Positions 47,003 through 56,519 of a DNA stretch of 58,218 nucleotides are shown here, piece after piece. Location of the stretch: contig CAMDVZ010000001.1 of assembly GCA_945878895.1 (NCBI GenBank), forward strand, positions 1-58,218. Reading direction: 5' to 3'. The DNA is from Caenispirillum bisanense (GTDB taxonomy: Bacteria; Pseudomonadota; Alphaproteobacteria; Reyranellales; Reyranellaceae). The position numbers and the translations under genes are program-made. Below the pieces are notes generated by a model, which did no database searches, was not told where the DNA came from, and worked only from the letters and a program-made list of their open reading frames with translations. The first letter of the stretch is position 1, and every line of letters begins with the position of its first letter.

Positions 47003-47422
47003 CTACGCTCGAAACATGTTCTGGATCCGCTCCCAGTGTCTCGATCCGTCATCCACGTCTGGGACCTGACCGTGATTCAACTCGGCAAAGAAGTCCAGCA
47101 AGTCGCGCTCGATTTCGCCCTGCTCCCACACCAGCGTGCGTGCGATCGCCATTATCGAATCGAACCATTGTTCGTCCAGGGCCATACGCATCAGTGATCC
47201 GTTGTCGAAGCCTATGGCATAGGCGATACGGGGCACCCACGCGAGCGGCACCGGCAGCGTGCCGGCGCGGATGGCGGCGATGACTTCGGCCGTTGTGTCG
47301 AATGTGTCGGCGAGTTCCTCGTTCGAACAGGGAGTTTTGGTCATCATATCGTCGATGAAGCTCGCCGACGTGCGTTCGATGGGTCGTAGCGGTGTTTTGT
47401 TGACCATGTCGTCCTCGATCAC
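47003..47422 (-). CDS. hypothetical protein with possible HTH (XRE-like) segment
   Basis: The only credible ORF in the lower-GC right arm of the island. SNEELADTFDTTAEVIAAIRAGTLPVPLAWVPRIAYAIGFD resembles a helix-turn-helix. The start is GTG 47422 or ATG 47407. Confidence 0.5.
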   Translation of the reverse strand: MIEDDMVNKTPLRPIERTSASFIDDMMTKTPCSNEELADTFDTTAEVIAAIRAGTLPVPLAWVPRIAYAIGFDNGSLMRMALDEQWFDSIMAIARTLVWEQGEIERDLLDFFAELNHGQVPDVDDGSRHWERIQNMFRA

Positions 47423-47620
47423 GACGCGGAATCGCGTCTGCTGGTCGATGTAGTCGTGATCGGGCCGAGAGTTTGAGGCGAAGTGGAGTTTTGGCGTAGG
47501 AAAAGCGCCGGAGCCGAGGTGTATGAGACCGGGCTAACCGACTACGCTGACGTCCAGCACGAATGGCAACGCCGGACCCAATATCCCGCTGTAGGAGACG
47601 TACCTTACCCCGCCCACATG

Positions 47621-47642
47621 CTACGAAACGGTGTTACGACTC
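47621..47642 (+). repeat. CTACGAA and TGTTACGACTC motifs (partner of 7250-7284)
   Basis: CTACGAA lies at 47621-47627 and TGTTACGACTC at 47632-47642, 60-80 nt from the att core in the tRNA. An IHF-like TATCAATAGCTTA lies on the minus strand at 47671-47683. Confidence 0.4.
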
Positions 47643-47702
47643 GGCTTGAATTTCCAGTCCAGACCATCCATAAGCTATTGATATTAAACGATTTACAGGA
47701 AA

Positions 47703-47722
47703 TGGCTGGGGCGCCAGGATTC
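47703..47722 (-). repeat. proximal att core (3' end of tRNA-Gln)
   Basis: Identical to 7162-7181. Confidence 0.85.
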
Positions 47723-47777
47723 GAACCTGGGAATGGCGGAATCAAAATCCGCTGCCTTACCGCTTGGCGACGCCCCA
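47703..47777 (-). tRNA. tRNA-Gln (anticodon UUG)
   Basis: The reverse complement reads UGGGGCGUCGCCAAGCGGUAAGGCAGCGGAUUUUGAUUCCGCCAUUCCCAGGUUCGAAUCCUGGCGCCCCAGCCA. It folds as a cloverleaf with a 7-bp acceptor stem, a T-arm CCAGG-UUCGAAU-CCUGG, an anticodon loop UUUUGAU and an encoded CCA. Confidence 0.95.
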
Positions 47778-47845
47778 ACACGACGTTCCGACCCGGAACG
47801 GGCCGTTGTTTAGACGCAACGCGAAGCCTCGGCAACCGCCGGCAA

Positions 47846-48361
47846 TCAGCCCGCCGCCAGCGCGTTCTGGAACAGGTCGCCGGGCACGAACTTGCCGTCG
47901 GCATACAACAGTGGCGCGGCGGTGGGGTCGAGCGCGACCTCGACGATCCTGCCCAGCACGATGGTATGCGTGCCCGCGACCATCGTGTGAAGCGTCTCGC
48001 AATCGAAGTTCACCGGGCAGCCCTTCAGCACGGGCACGCCTGTCGCCAGCACGCCCCACTCGCCCATGTCCGCGAACCGGGCATCGCCCTCGATGCCGTC
48101 CATGCCCGCGAAGCGCTCCGCGATCTTGCGATGCGGCGGCGCCAGCACGTTGACGCAAAAACGCCGACTGGCGACGATCAGGGGATGGGCGCTGGCGCCG
48201 CGGTTGACACAGACCAGCAGTTGGGGCGGTTCGGCCGACACCGAGCACACCGCCGTTGCCGTCAGGCCACCGCGTTCCTCTCCCAACCGGGTGGTGATCA
48301 AGGTCACGCTCGCGGCGAGATGGCGCATGCCCTTCTTGAACGCGCCCAAATCGATACCCAT
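47846..48361 (-). CDS. flavin reductase family protein (HpaC/RutF-like)
   Basis: ATG 48359-48361 (MGIDLGAFKKGMRHLAASVTLITT). Contains GLTATAVCSVSAEPPQLLVCVN, a typical flavin-reductase domain pattern. Confidence 0.82.
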   Translation of the reverse strand: MGIDLGAFKKGMRHLAASVTLITTRLGEERGGLTATAVCSVSAEPPQLLVCVNRGASAHPLIVASRRFCVNVLAPPHRKIAERFAGMDGIEGDARFADMGEWGVLATGVPVLKGCPVNFDCETLHTMVAGTHTIVLGRIVEVALDPTAAPLLYADGKFVPGDLFQNALAAG

Positions 48362-48548
48362 GCCGTCGATCCTCCCCGCCAGGCGCCATCGCGTCCGTCG
48401 CCCCCACAGTGCGACGGACGCGGGCTGCCGCGCAACGGCGGCGTGCGGGTTGCGCACCGTGGCGCCGCATGCGAAACCTCGGCCCGCAGGATAAGGATCG
48501 CGACGCGCGTCAGCCCTGCGATATGGCCGGCGACGACGCACGGACCCC

Positions 48549-49448
48549 ATGGAAGATCAGGCTCCCCCGCTATCGCGCGCTCTGGCCCGCACGACCGTGC
48601 GGGGCGTTCGCGCGGATTTGCTGGCGTCGCGCCAGATCGTCCTGACGGCACGCGACGCCATCGGCATCCACCGCACCCGCGTCGCGTTGCGGCGGTTGCG
48701 CGCCGCGGTGTCGGTTTTCCGGTCTCCCCTCGACGGAGATCCCGTCGTGGACCGGCTTCGCGACGCAAAGACCTTCGCGACGGCTTGCGGGCCGGCGCGC
48801 GAGATCGACGTGTTCCTGACGTCGACCCTCGCCGCGGCGGTACCCGTCCTGACCGTGTTGCCGTGGGCTCCGGAGGACTTCGCGGCCCTTCGCGCGACCG
48901 CGACACGCTTGCGCCGCACCCGCCACGACGCGGCGCGGGCGGCGCTGAACGGCCAGGCATTCGCAGCCTTCGACGCCGCCGTGCTCGACTGGCTCGAACG
49001 GCCGGACGCGGACCCTGCCCCCCCGACCGACGTCCCGACCATACCCGACCTGCTCGACCGGCGGCATCGCTCGATCCGGAAGACTTTGAAGCGTCTCGAC
49101 GGACTGGATCCGGCTCGCCTCCACGAACTGCGCCTGCGGGTAAAGAAGCAGCATTACGCCACGTCCTTCCTTGGCGGGTTCTTTGACCCGGTCGCGGTGC
49201 GGTCGTATATCGGCAGCACCGCCGCCTTGCAGGACACGCTGGGCATCGCCAACGACCACACCGAGGCGGTGCGCATCGCCAAGGAAATCGCCGACGCGGC
49301 GCGGCCAAAGGGCAGGCTGGACCGCGTCTCGGGAGCGCTCTGCGGCTGGTTGCTGGCCGCTGGTCGGCGGGACATGGAAGAAGAGATCAAGCGCGCCGCT
49401 CGGCGGTTCGCCCGGCAGGCGCGGTTCTGGCGCAACGAGAAGGACTAA
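48549..49448 (+). CDS. CHAD domain-containing protein
   Basis: Repeated basic helices with conserved His/Arg (IHRTRVALRRLRAAV, LHELRLRVKKQHYA) characteristic of CHAD. Confidence 0.75.
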   Translation: MEDQAPPLSRALARTTVRGVRADLLASRQIVLTARDAIGIHRTRVALRRLRAAVSVFRSPLDGDPVVDRLRDAKTFATACGPAREIDVFLTSTLAAAVPVLTVLPWAPEDFAALRATATRLRRTRHDAARAALNGQAFAAFDAAVLDWLERPDADPAPPTDVPTIPDLLDRRHRSIRKTLKRLDGLDPARLHELRLRVKKQHYATSFLGGFFDPVAVRSYIGSTAALQDTLGIANDHTEAVRIAKEIADAARPKGRLDRVSGALCGWLLAAGRRDMEEEIKRAARRFARQARFWRNEKD

Positions 49449-49452
49449 AACG

Positions 49453-50634
49453 ATGTCGCAAGCCCAACCCGAGGAACGGATTCCCATATCAGTGCTGACC
49501 GGCTTTCTCGGTAGTGGCAAGACGACCCTGCTGCGCGAATTGCTGCGCAAGCCGGAGATGGGCGACACCGCCGTCATCATCAACGAGTTCGGCGAGATCG
49601 GGCTCGACCATCAGCTGGTCGAGAACTCGAACGAAGAAGGCATGGTGACCCTCAACAGCGGCTGCCTGTGCTGCACCGTGCGCGGCGACCTCGTGCGCAC
49701 CATGAGCGAGCTCTACCTCAAGCGCACCCGCGGCGAGGTGACGCCCTTCAAGCGCATGATCGTGGAGACGACCGGGCTCGCCGATCCGGCGCCAATCCTG
49801 CACACGCTGATGACCGACCCGCTGCTGGCCACGCGCTACCGGCTCGACGGCGTCGTCACCACGGTCGACGCAATCAACGGCGCGGCCACCTTGGACAATC
49901 ACGCGGAGTCGGTGAAGCAGGCCGCGGTCGCCGATCGCCTGCTGCTGACCAAGACCGACATCGCCGACGCGCCAGCGCTCGACGCGTTGATGGCGCGCCT
50001 GCACCTCCTCAATCCCGGCGCCCCGATGTTCCGCATCCGGCACGGCGAGATCGCGCCCGCCGACATCATGAACGCGGGGCTCTACAATCCCGAGACCAAG
50101 AACGCCGACGTCAAGCGCTGGCTGCGCGACGAAGCCTATCTGACCGAGGGCGGCCACGGCCACCACCACGGGCACGACCACCATCACGGCGAGGGTCATG
50201 GACACGACCACGGGCACGCCCATGCCGGTTCGCCCGACAAGCCTTTCGATGGGCCCGGCGCCGAGCACTACGCCGCCCATCAGGACGCTCACGACGTCAA
50301 TCGCCACGACGACAGCATCCGCTCGTTCTGCCTGGTGTTCGACAAGCCGTTCGCGTGGGCCAGCGTGGCCGGCGCGCTCGACGCGCTGGTGACCTACCGG
50401 GGACCCGACCTGTTGCGCGTCAAAGGCATCCTGAACGTGATCGAGAGCGACAAGCCGGTCGTGATCCACGGCGTGCAACACGTCTTCCACCCGCCCGCGG
50501 TCCTGGAGAAATGGCCCGACGAGGACCGTCGTTCCAAGATCGTCTTCATCACCAAGGACATCCCCGAGGCGACGATCCGCAAGGTGTTGTCGAACTTCCT
50601 CGAGAGCGGCGAGCAGTGGAGCAGCAAGGCCTGA
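49453..50634 (+). CDS. COG0523 (CobW/ZigA-like) metal-chaperone GTPase with His-rich insert
   Basis: ATG 49453. P-loop GFLGSGKTTLL, the metal motif GCLCCT, and the His-rich stretch GGHGHHHGHDHHHGEGHGHDHGHAHAG. Confidence 0.85.
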   Translation: MSQAQPEERIPISVLTGFLGSGKTTLLRELLRKPEMGDTAVIINEFGEIGLDHQLVENSNEEGMVTLNSGCLCCTVRGDLVRTMSELYLKRTRGEVTPFKRMIVETTGLADPAPILHTLMTDPLLATRYRLDGVVTTVDAINGAATLDNHAESVKQAAVADRLLLTKTDIADAPALDALMARLHLLNPGAPMFRIRHGEIAPADIMNAGLYNPETKNADVKRWLRDEAYLTEGGHGHHHGHDHHHGEGHGHDHGHAHAGSPDKPFDGPGAEHYAAHQDAHDVNRHDDSIRSFCLVFDKPFAWASVAGALDALVTYRGPDLLRVKGILNVIESDKPVVIHGVQHVFHPPAVLEKWPDEDRRSKIVFITKDIPEATIRKVLSNFLESGEQWSSKA

Positions 50635-50659
50635 GGCGAGCCAGCCAAGGACGAAACCA

Positions 50660-51763
50660 ATGACCCCGGTAAACCCATCGACCCTGTGGCGGGCCGTGCC
50701 CGTCGTCGCGGTCGTTTTCGCCTTCGCCGTCTTCGCGCTCGCTGGCAAGCTCCCGTCCTCGGGGCTCCTCGGCGTCGGGCTGCCGATCCTCGAGTTCGTC
50801 GTGCTGGTCGGTGGAGTGTTCGCCGCCGTCCACCATGCCGACGTCATCGCCCACCGTACCGGCGAGCCCTACGGCACACTCGTCCTGACGGTCGCCGTCA
50901 CGGTGATCGAGGTCGCGCTGATCCTGTCGATCATGCTGGCCGGTGACGGCAGCCCGACGCTAGCGCGCGACACCGTGTTCGCCGTCGTCATGCTGGTCTG
51001 CAACGGACTGGTCGGCCTGTGTCTCGTGCTCGGCGGGTTGAAATACGGCGAGCAGGGCTTCCGGGTGCCCGGCGCCAGCGCCTATCTCGTGGTGCTGATG
51101 CCGCTGGCGACGCTGACGTTGATCCTGCCGAGCGCCACCACGAGCACGCCAGGCCCGTTCTACACCGTGACGCAGACCGTTTTCGTCGCCGTCGTCACGT
51201 TGGCGCTCTACGCAGTGTTCCTCTACGTCCAGACCGTTCGGCACCGCGACTATTTCCTGCCGGACGCCGCCGACGGGTCCGAAGGCGCGGAACACGTGCC
51301 GCCGTCGGGCCGACAGGTCGCCGAAAGCGTCGGGCTGTTGCTGGCCTCGCTGGTCGCCGTCGTGTTGCTGGCCAAGAGCTTTGCCGGCTCCGTGAAGACG
51401 GGCGTCGCCGCGGTGGGCGCGCCGGTCGCGGCCGTCGGCCTGTTGGTGGCGTTGCTGGTGCTGCTGCCCGAAACCTTGGCGGCGCTGCGCGCGGCGCGGC
51501 GCAACCAGCTGCAGAAGAGCCTCAACCTCGCGCTCGGCTCTTCGCTGGCCACGATCGGCCTCACGATCCCCGCCGTCGCGGCGCTCTCGCTGCTTCTGGA
51601 CCAGCGACTGGCGCTCGGACTCGAGCCGCGCGACGAGGTGCTGCTGGTGCTCACCTTCGCCGTCAGCCTCGTCACCTTCGGCGCCGGCCGCACCAACATC
51701 CTGCCGGGCTTCGTGCATCTCGTGCTGTTCGCGACCTACACCCTGCTGGTGTTCGCGCCCTGA
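50660..51763 (+). CDS. calcium/proton antiporter (ChaA / CaCA family)
   Basis: About 11 TM segments with two alpha-repeat-like regions (GEPYGTLVLTVAVTVIEVALI and LALGSSLATIGLTIPAV). Confidence 0.7.
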   Translation: MTPVNPSTLWRAVPVVAVVFAFAVFALAGKLPSSGLLGVGLPILEFVVLVGGVFAAVHHADVIAHRTGEPYGTLVLTVAVTVIEVALILSIMLAGDGSPTLARDTVFAVVMLVCNGLVGLCLVLGGLKYGEQGFRVPGASAYLVVLMPLATLTLILPSATTSTPGPFYTVTQTVFVAVVTLALYAVFLYVQTVRHRDYFLPDAADGSEGAEHVPPSGRQVAESVGLLLASLVAVVLLAKSFAGSVKTGVAAVGAPVAAVGLLVALLVLLPETLAALRAARRNQLQKSLNLALGSSLATIGLTIPAVAALSLLLDQRLALGLEPRDEVLLVLTFAVSLVTFGAGRTNILPGFVHLVLFATYTLLVFAP

Positions 51764-51766
51764 GCG

Positions 51767-53257
51767 CTACTCCCCGGTCGTGCGCACGCGTTTGACCGCG
51801 GCTTGCCAGCCGGCGTAGCGACGGTCGCGGTCGGTGGCAGGCTCCGAGGGCGCGAAGGATCGGTCCAGCGTCCAGGTCGACGCGACATCGTCAAGCGACT
51901 CGAACAGGCCGGCGCCTAGGCCGGCAAGGAACGCGGCACCCAGCGCCGTCGTTTCGGTGACGGTCGGCCGTTCGACGTCGACGCCTACCGTGTCCGCCAG
52001 GCGCTGCATCAGCGCGTCGTTGACCACCATGCCGCCATCGACGCGGATCGCCCCCACCGCGGCGCCGTCGGCGCGCATCGCCTCGACCAGGTCGCGGGTC
52101 TGGTAGCAGACCGAATCCAGCGTCGCCTGGGCGATCTCGGCCGGTCCCGTGTCGCGCGTGAGGCCCAGCAGCGCCCCACGCGCGTCGGCGTCCCAATACG
52201 GCGCGCCGAGACCGACGAACGCCGGCACCATGAACACGCCGTGACCGGGTTTCGCCCGTGCGGCCAGCGCGCCGACCTCGCCGGAACCGGCGATGAGCTT
52301 CAGCCCGTCGCGCAGCCATTGCACCGCCGCGCCGGCGACGAAGATGCTGCCCTCCAGCGCGTAGGTGGTCTTGCCGCCGAGACGATAGGCGATCGTGGTC
52401 AACAGCCGGTTGGTCGAGCGCAAGGCGACGTCGCCGGTGTTGAGCAGCGCGAAGCAGCCCGTGCCGTAGGTGCTCTTGATCATGCCCGGCTTCAGGCACG
52501 CCTGGCCGACGGTCGCGGCTTGCTGGTCTCCGGCCATGCCGCAGATCGGGATCGCCGCGCCGAACAGCGCAGGCTCCGTTGCGCCGAACCAGCCGGAATT
52601 GTCGACGACCTCCGGCAGCAACGCGTGCGGCACCTCGAACACGCGCAGCAGGTCGAGGTCCCAGCGCCCGGCATGGATATTGTAGAGCATCGTACGGCTG
52701 GCATTGGTGGCGTCGCTGGCGTGCCGCTTGCCGCCGGTCAGGCGCCACAGCAGGTACGACTCGATGGTGCCGAACGCCAGCTTGCCGGCCTGCGCGGCCT
52801 CGCGCGCGCCGGCCACGTTGTCGAGGATCCACGCCAGCTTGGTCGCCGAGAAATACGGATCGAGCAGCAGGCCGGTGCGGTCCGTCACCTCGGGTTCGAG
52901 ACCGGCAGCCCGCAGTTCGGCACAACGATCCGCCGTCCGGCGATCCTGCCAGACGATGGCGTTGTGGATCGGCCGGCCGGTGGCACGGTCCCAAACGACC
53001 ACCGTCTCGCGCTGATTGGTGATGCCGATGGCGGCGACGTCGGCAGCGGCGAGCCCGGCCTTCGCGATCGCGCCGCGGCAGACCTCGACAGTGGCGCCCC
53101 AGATTTCCTCCGCGTCGTGCTCGACCCAGCCATCGCGCGGGTAGATCTGCGGCAGCTCCTTCTGCGCCGAGGCAACCGGCCTGGCCGCGGCGTCGAACAG
53201 GATCGCCCGCGTGCTGGTCGTGCCCTGGTCGATGGCCAGGATGTGGCGGGCGGCCAT
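51767..53257 (-). CDS. glpK: glycerol kinase
   Basis: Contains [30 protein letters not shown] and [13 protein letters not shown]. Full 496-aa ORF. Confidence 0.95.
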   Translation of the reverse strand: MAARHILAIDQGTTSTRAILFDAAARPVASAQKELPQIYPRDGWVEHDAEEIWGATVEVCRGAIAKAGLAAADVAAIGITNQRETVVVWDRATGRPIHNAIVWQDRRTADRCAELRAAGLEPEVTDRTGLLLDPYFSATKLAWILDNVAGAREAAQAGKLAFGTIESYLLWRLTGGKRHASDATNASRTMLYNIHAGRWDLDLLRVFEVPHALLPEVVDNSGWFGATEPALFGAAIPICGMAGDQQAATVGQACLKPGMIKSTYGTGCFALLNTGDVALRSTNRLLTTIAYRLGGKTTYALEGSIFVAGAAVQWLRDGLKLIAGSGEVGALAARAKPGHGVFMVPAFVGLGAPYWDADARGALLGLTRDTGPAEIAQATLDSVCYQTRDLVEAMRADGAAVGAIRVDGGMVVNDALMQRLADTVGVDVERPTVTETTALGAAFLAGLGAGLFESLDDVASTWTLDRSFAPSEPATDRDRRYAGWQAAVKRVRTTGE

Positions 53258-53258
53258 G

Positions 53259-54011
53259 TCAGATCGCGTGCATGCCGCCGTCGATCACCAGCTCGCTGCC
53301 GGTGATGTAGCGGGACTCCTCGGAAATCAGGAACAGGATGCCGTTGGCGATGTCCTCGGGCTGACCCAGCTCGCCGATCGGAATGCGATCGATGATGCGC
53401 TGGCGCGCCTGATCGGTGGTGAGCACGTCGCCCATCGGGGTCGCGATGACGCCGGGATGAACCGAGTTGCAACGCACCTTGTAGCGGCGGCGGGCGCAAT
53501 CGATGGCGACGGTCTTGGTGAACTGCCGCACCGCGCCCTTGGTAGCGCCGTAGGACGACAGGTCGGGCGTGCCGACCAGGGCGGCCAGCGAGGACAAATT
53601 GACGATCGAACCGCCACCTGAATCGCGAACCGCGGGCACGCCATGCTTGCACCCGAGAAACACGCCCTCGACGTTGACCGACAGGATGCGCCGCCACTCC
53701 TCCAGCGTCTCGTCCTCGAACCGGCTCGGGTACTTGCCAAGGATGCCGGCGTTGTTCACAAGGCCGTGCAGACCGCCATGGCGGCCCACCACCTCGGCGA
53801 TCACGCGCTTCCAGTCGACCTCGCTCGACGTGTCCTGCTCGATGAAACTCGCCTGGCCGCCGATCCGCTGAACGGTCTCCAGGCCACCGTTGCGGTTGAT
53901 GTCGGTCACGACCACCTTCGCCCCCTCGGACGCCAGCAGCACCGCAGTCGCACGCCCGATCCCCGAGCCACCGCCCGTCACCAGCACCACCTTGCCCGAA
54001 ACCCGACCCAT
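53259..54011 (-). CDS. SDR-family oxidoreductase
   Basis: ATG 54009-54011. Contains [15 protein letters not shown] and the catalytic YGATKGAV (YxxxK). It ends 1 nt upstream of the glpK start. Confidence 0.85.
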   Translation of the reverse strand: MGRVSGKVVLVTGGGSGIGRATAVLLASEGAKVVVTDINRNGGLETVQRIGGQASFIEQDTSSEVDWKRVIAEVVGRHGGLHGLVNNAGILGKYPSRFEDETLEEWRRILSVNVEGVFLGCKHGVPAVRDSGGGSIVNLSSLAALVGTPDLSSYGATKGAVRQFTKTVAIDCARRRYKVRCNSVHPGVIATPMGDVLTTDQARQRIIDRIPIGELGQPEDIANGILFLISEESRYITGSELVIDGGMHAI

Positions 54012-54081
54012 CGCATCCTCCGGAATGTCGCCCCGCACGCTACCGGTCCGCGCCGCCGGGGCACAAGCGCGACCTCGAAGT

Positions 54082-55614
54082 TCAGCCCGCGTTGCGTCCA
54101 CGCATCCAGTCGGCGAAGGCGTCGCGCTGGACTGCCGTCATGTGCAGGCCTTCCTTGGTGCGCCGCCACAACACGTCGTCGGCGTCGCGCGCCCATTCGC
54201 GGGCGATCAGATGCTCGACCTCGCGCTCGTGGAGATCGCCGCCGAAATGGCGGCCGAGATCGGCGAGCTCCTTCGCGTCCCCGAGCACGTCCGCGGTGCC
54301 GGTTCCGTGTCGGCGCGCCAGGCGGTGCAGATAGACCTCGGGCAGGCCGCGGAAAGCCTGATAGAGCCCCTCGACGAAGGCGTCGAAGTCGGCGTGCGGC
54401 ATGTCGCCGTCGGGCAGTGGCTCGCACGCGGTCCAGGCGCCGCCCATCGTCGGATACCAGCCGCGCAGATCCTCGAGCGCGTGTTCGGCGAGCTTGCGGT
54501 AGGTCGTGATCTTGCCGCCGAACACGCTCAGCAACGGCGCCTCGTCGTGCGCGCCGTCGATCTCCAGCACGTAGTCGCGCGTCACCGCCGAGGGATCGTT
54601 GCTGCCGTCGTCGAACAACGGGCGCACGCCGGCGTACGACCACAGCACGTCCGACGGCCCGATCTTGCGGGCCATGTAGTGGTTGGCGAGATCGCACAGA
54701 TACGTCACCTCGGCCGGATCGATCGTCACCGCGCCCGGGGCGTGGCCGTCGGGCAGCGCGATGTCGGTGGTGCCGATCAGCGAGAAATCGCGCTGGTAGG
54801 GAATGACGAAGACGATCCGCTGGTCGCTGTTCTGCAGCATGAAGGCGTGGTCGCCATCGTGCAGCTTGGGCACCACGATGTGGCTGCCCTTGATCAGGCG
54901 CACGCGTTTGCGCGTGGCGACGCGGGCGACGCCATCGAGCCAGTCCTTCACCCACGGACCCGCCGCGTTGACGAGGCCGCGGGCGCGGACCTCGACACGC
55001 CGGTCACCGGCGACGTCCTCGATTTCGATCCGCCAGAAGCGACCGCCGCCGGGACTATCCTCCCGACGCGCCGAAACGCAGCGATGGCGCGCGAAGACGC
55101 GGGCGCCGCGGTTGTGCGCGGACCGCAGGTTCAGGATCACCAGCCGCGCGTCGTCGACCCAGCCGTCGGAGTAGGCGAAGCCGCGGGCGAAATCGGGCTT
55201 CAGGCCGGCGCCGTAGGGGCTCGTCCGCAGATCGACGCTTTCCGTCTTCGGCAGCCGCATGTGCCAGTCGAGATGGTCGTAGAGGAACAGGCCCAGACGC
55301 AGCATCCAGCGCGGCCGCAAATGCGGTTCGTGCGGCAACACGAAGCGCATCGGCCAGGCGATATGCGCCATCTTGGCCAACAGCACCTCGCGCTCCTTCA
55401 GCGCTTCGCGAACCAGCCGGAATTCGTAGTGTTCGAGATAGCGCAGACCGCCGTGGATCAGCTTGCTCGACGCCGACGAGGTGTGACGGGCGAAATCGTC
55501 CTGCTCGCACAGGCCGACCTTGAGACCCCGTCCGGTCGCGTCGCAGGCAATGCCGGCGCCGTTGATGCCACCGCCGACGACGAAGAGGTCGAGAACGTCG
55601 CTGTCCCCGCCCAT
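54082..55614 (-). CDS. glpD: FAD-dependent glycerol-3-phosphate dehydrogenase
   Basis: ATG 55612-55614. Contains the dinucleotide fold FVVGGGINGAGIA and SSASSKLIHGGLRYLE. It is the internal part of ORF 54082..55974. Confidence 0.92.
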   Translation of the reverse strand: MGGDSDVLDLFVVGGGINGAGIACDATGRGLKVGLCEQDDFARHTSSASSKLIHGGLRYLEHYEFRLVREALKEREVLLAKMAHIAWPMRFVLPHEPHLRPRWMLRLGLFLYDHLDWHMRLPKTESVDLRTSPYGAGLKPDFARGFAYSDGWVDDARLVILNLRSAHNRGARVFARHRCVSARREDSPGGGRFWRIEIEDVAGDRRVEVRARGLVNAAGPWVKDWLDGVARVATRKRVRLIKGSHIVVPKLHDGDHAFMLQNSDQRIVFVIPYQRDFSLIGTTDIALPDGHAPGAVTIDPAEVTYLCDLANHYMARKIGPSDVLWSYAGVRPLFDDGSNDPSAVTRDYVLEIDGAHDEAPLLSVFGGKITTYRKLAEHALEDLRGWYPTMGGAWTACEPLPDGDMPHADFDAFVEGLYQAFRGLPEVYLHRLARRHGTGTADVLGDAKELADLGRHFGGDLHEREVEHLIAREWARDADDVLWRRTKEGLHMTAVQRDAFADWMRGRNAG

Positions 55615-55616
55615 CG

Positions 55617-56477
55617 TCAGCCGATCGGTCGTTCGATCTCGACGAACAGCGGCCAGTGGTCGGATGCCGGCGTCGACCCGTCGATCCAGGCGCGTTTGAC
55701 GACGGCGGCCAGATCGGCGGTGACGAAACAGTGGTCGATGCGTCCTTCGCCGGGAAAGCTCTCGACTCCCTCCGCGTTGCCAGCGGCGGTCCACGCGTCG
55801 GTCAAGCGGTCCACCGGCGTCACCCGCCCGAAGATCGGGCTGAGCTCGCCGCACATCAGCGGGTATTCGGGGTGCTCGTGGGTGAAGTTGAAATCGCCCA
55901 TCACGATGGCCGACAGCGGCACCGGCGGCGCCTTCTCGGCGAAGACGAACAGGTCCGATGCCGCGTTGTCCCATGCGCCGCCGCGCCGAGCGGCGCCGTG
56001 CACCAACCGCAGCAGCGCGCGCACCTGGGGAACGCGCTGCGCGGGCAGCAGGTGCGAGAGATGGACGCTATAGACGCGCAGATCGCCGCCGGGCGCGGCG
56101 ATCACCGCCTCGACGACGCCGCGCTGGAGATCGAACTGGTTGCCGAGCGCGGTCTTGGCCAACAGGTGCCCGCGCGCCTCGCGGATCGGCCAGCGCGACA
56201 GCACCGCGTTGCCGAAGGTCCGGCGACGGTTGACGATCCGGCCATCGGGCTCCACGGAACTCGAGTCCGCGTCGAACGCGCCATGGCACCAGACGTACCG
56301 GTTCAGGCGGGCGGCGATTTCGGCGGCCTGGTCGGCGAAGCCGTTGAGGGACCAGCCCTGCACGACCTCCTGGAGGCACACGATGTCGGCGCCGGCGACG
56401 ACGTCGGCGACGCGCGCGACATCGTACTGGTTGTCGGCGCCGAGACAGAAATGAATGTTGTAGGTGGCGAGCAGCAT
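55617..56477 (-). CDS. endonuclease/exonuclease/phosphatase (EEP) family protein
   Basis: Contains LLATYNIHF, IVCLQEV, MGDFNF and the C-terminal SDHWPLFVE, which are EEP catalytic motifs. It ends 2 nt upstream of the glpD start. Confidence 0.82.
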   Translation of the reverse strand: MLLATYNIHFCLGADNQYDVARVADVVAGADIVCLQEVVQGWSLNGFADQAAEIAARLNRYVWCHGAFDADSSSVEPDGRIVNRRRTFGNAVLSRWPIREARGHLLAKTALGNQFDLQRGVVEAVIAAPGGDLRVYSVHLSHLLPAQRVPQVRALLRLVHGAARRGGAWDNAASDLFVFAEKAPPVPLSAIVMGDFNFTHEHPEYPLMCGELSPIFGRVTPVDRLTDAWTAAGNAEGVESFPGEGRIDHCFVTADLAAVVKRAWIDGSTPASDHWPLFVEIERPIG

Positions 56478-56519
56478 GGCGTCAGTCTAGCACGATGATC
56501 GACCCAGGAGAGTCGCGGA

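Larger units (their letters stand above)
7162..47722. mobile_element. tRNA-Gln-associated genomic island (~40.5 kb) bounded by a 20-bp direct repeat
   Basis: TGGCTGGGGCGCCAGGATTC occurs at 7162-7181 and again as the 3' end of the tRNA-Gln gene at 47703-47722, in the same orientation. An integrase stub and an IS lie just inside the left repeat. The sequence next to both repeats is lower in GC. Confidence 0.75.

Noticed and set aside
47483-49186. A 567-aa plus-strand ORF and the 99-aa minus-strand ORF 47605..47904, both running through the tRNA-Gln gene.
   Set aside because: They read across a tRNA and across the flavin reductase and CHAD genes in the wrong frame or strand. The translation is low-complexity and no start context supports them.
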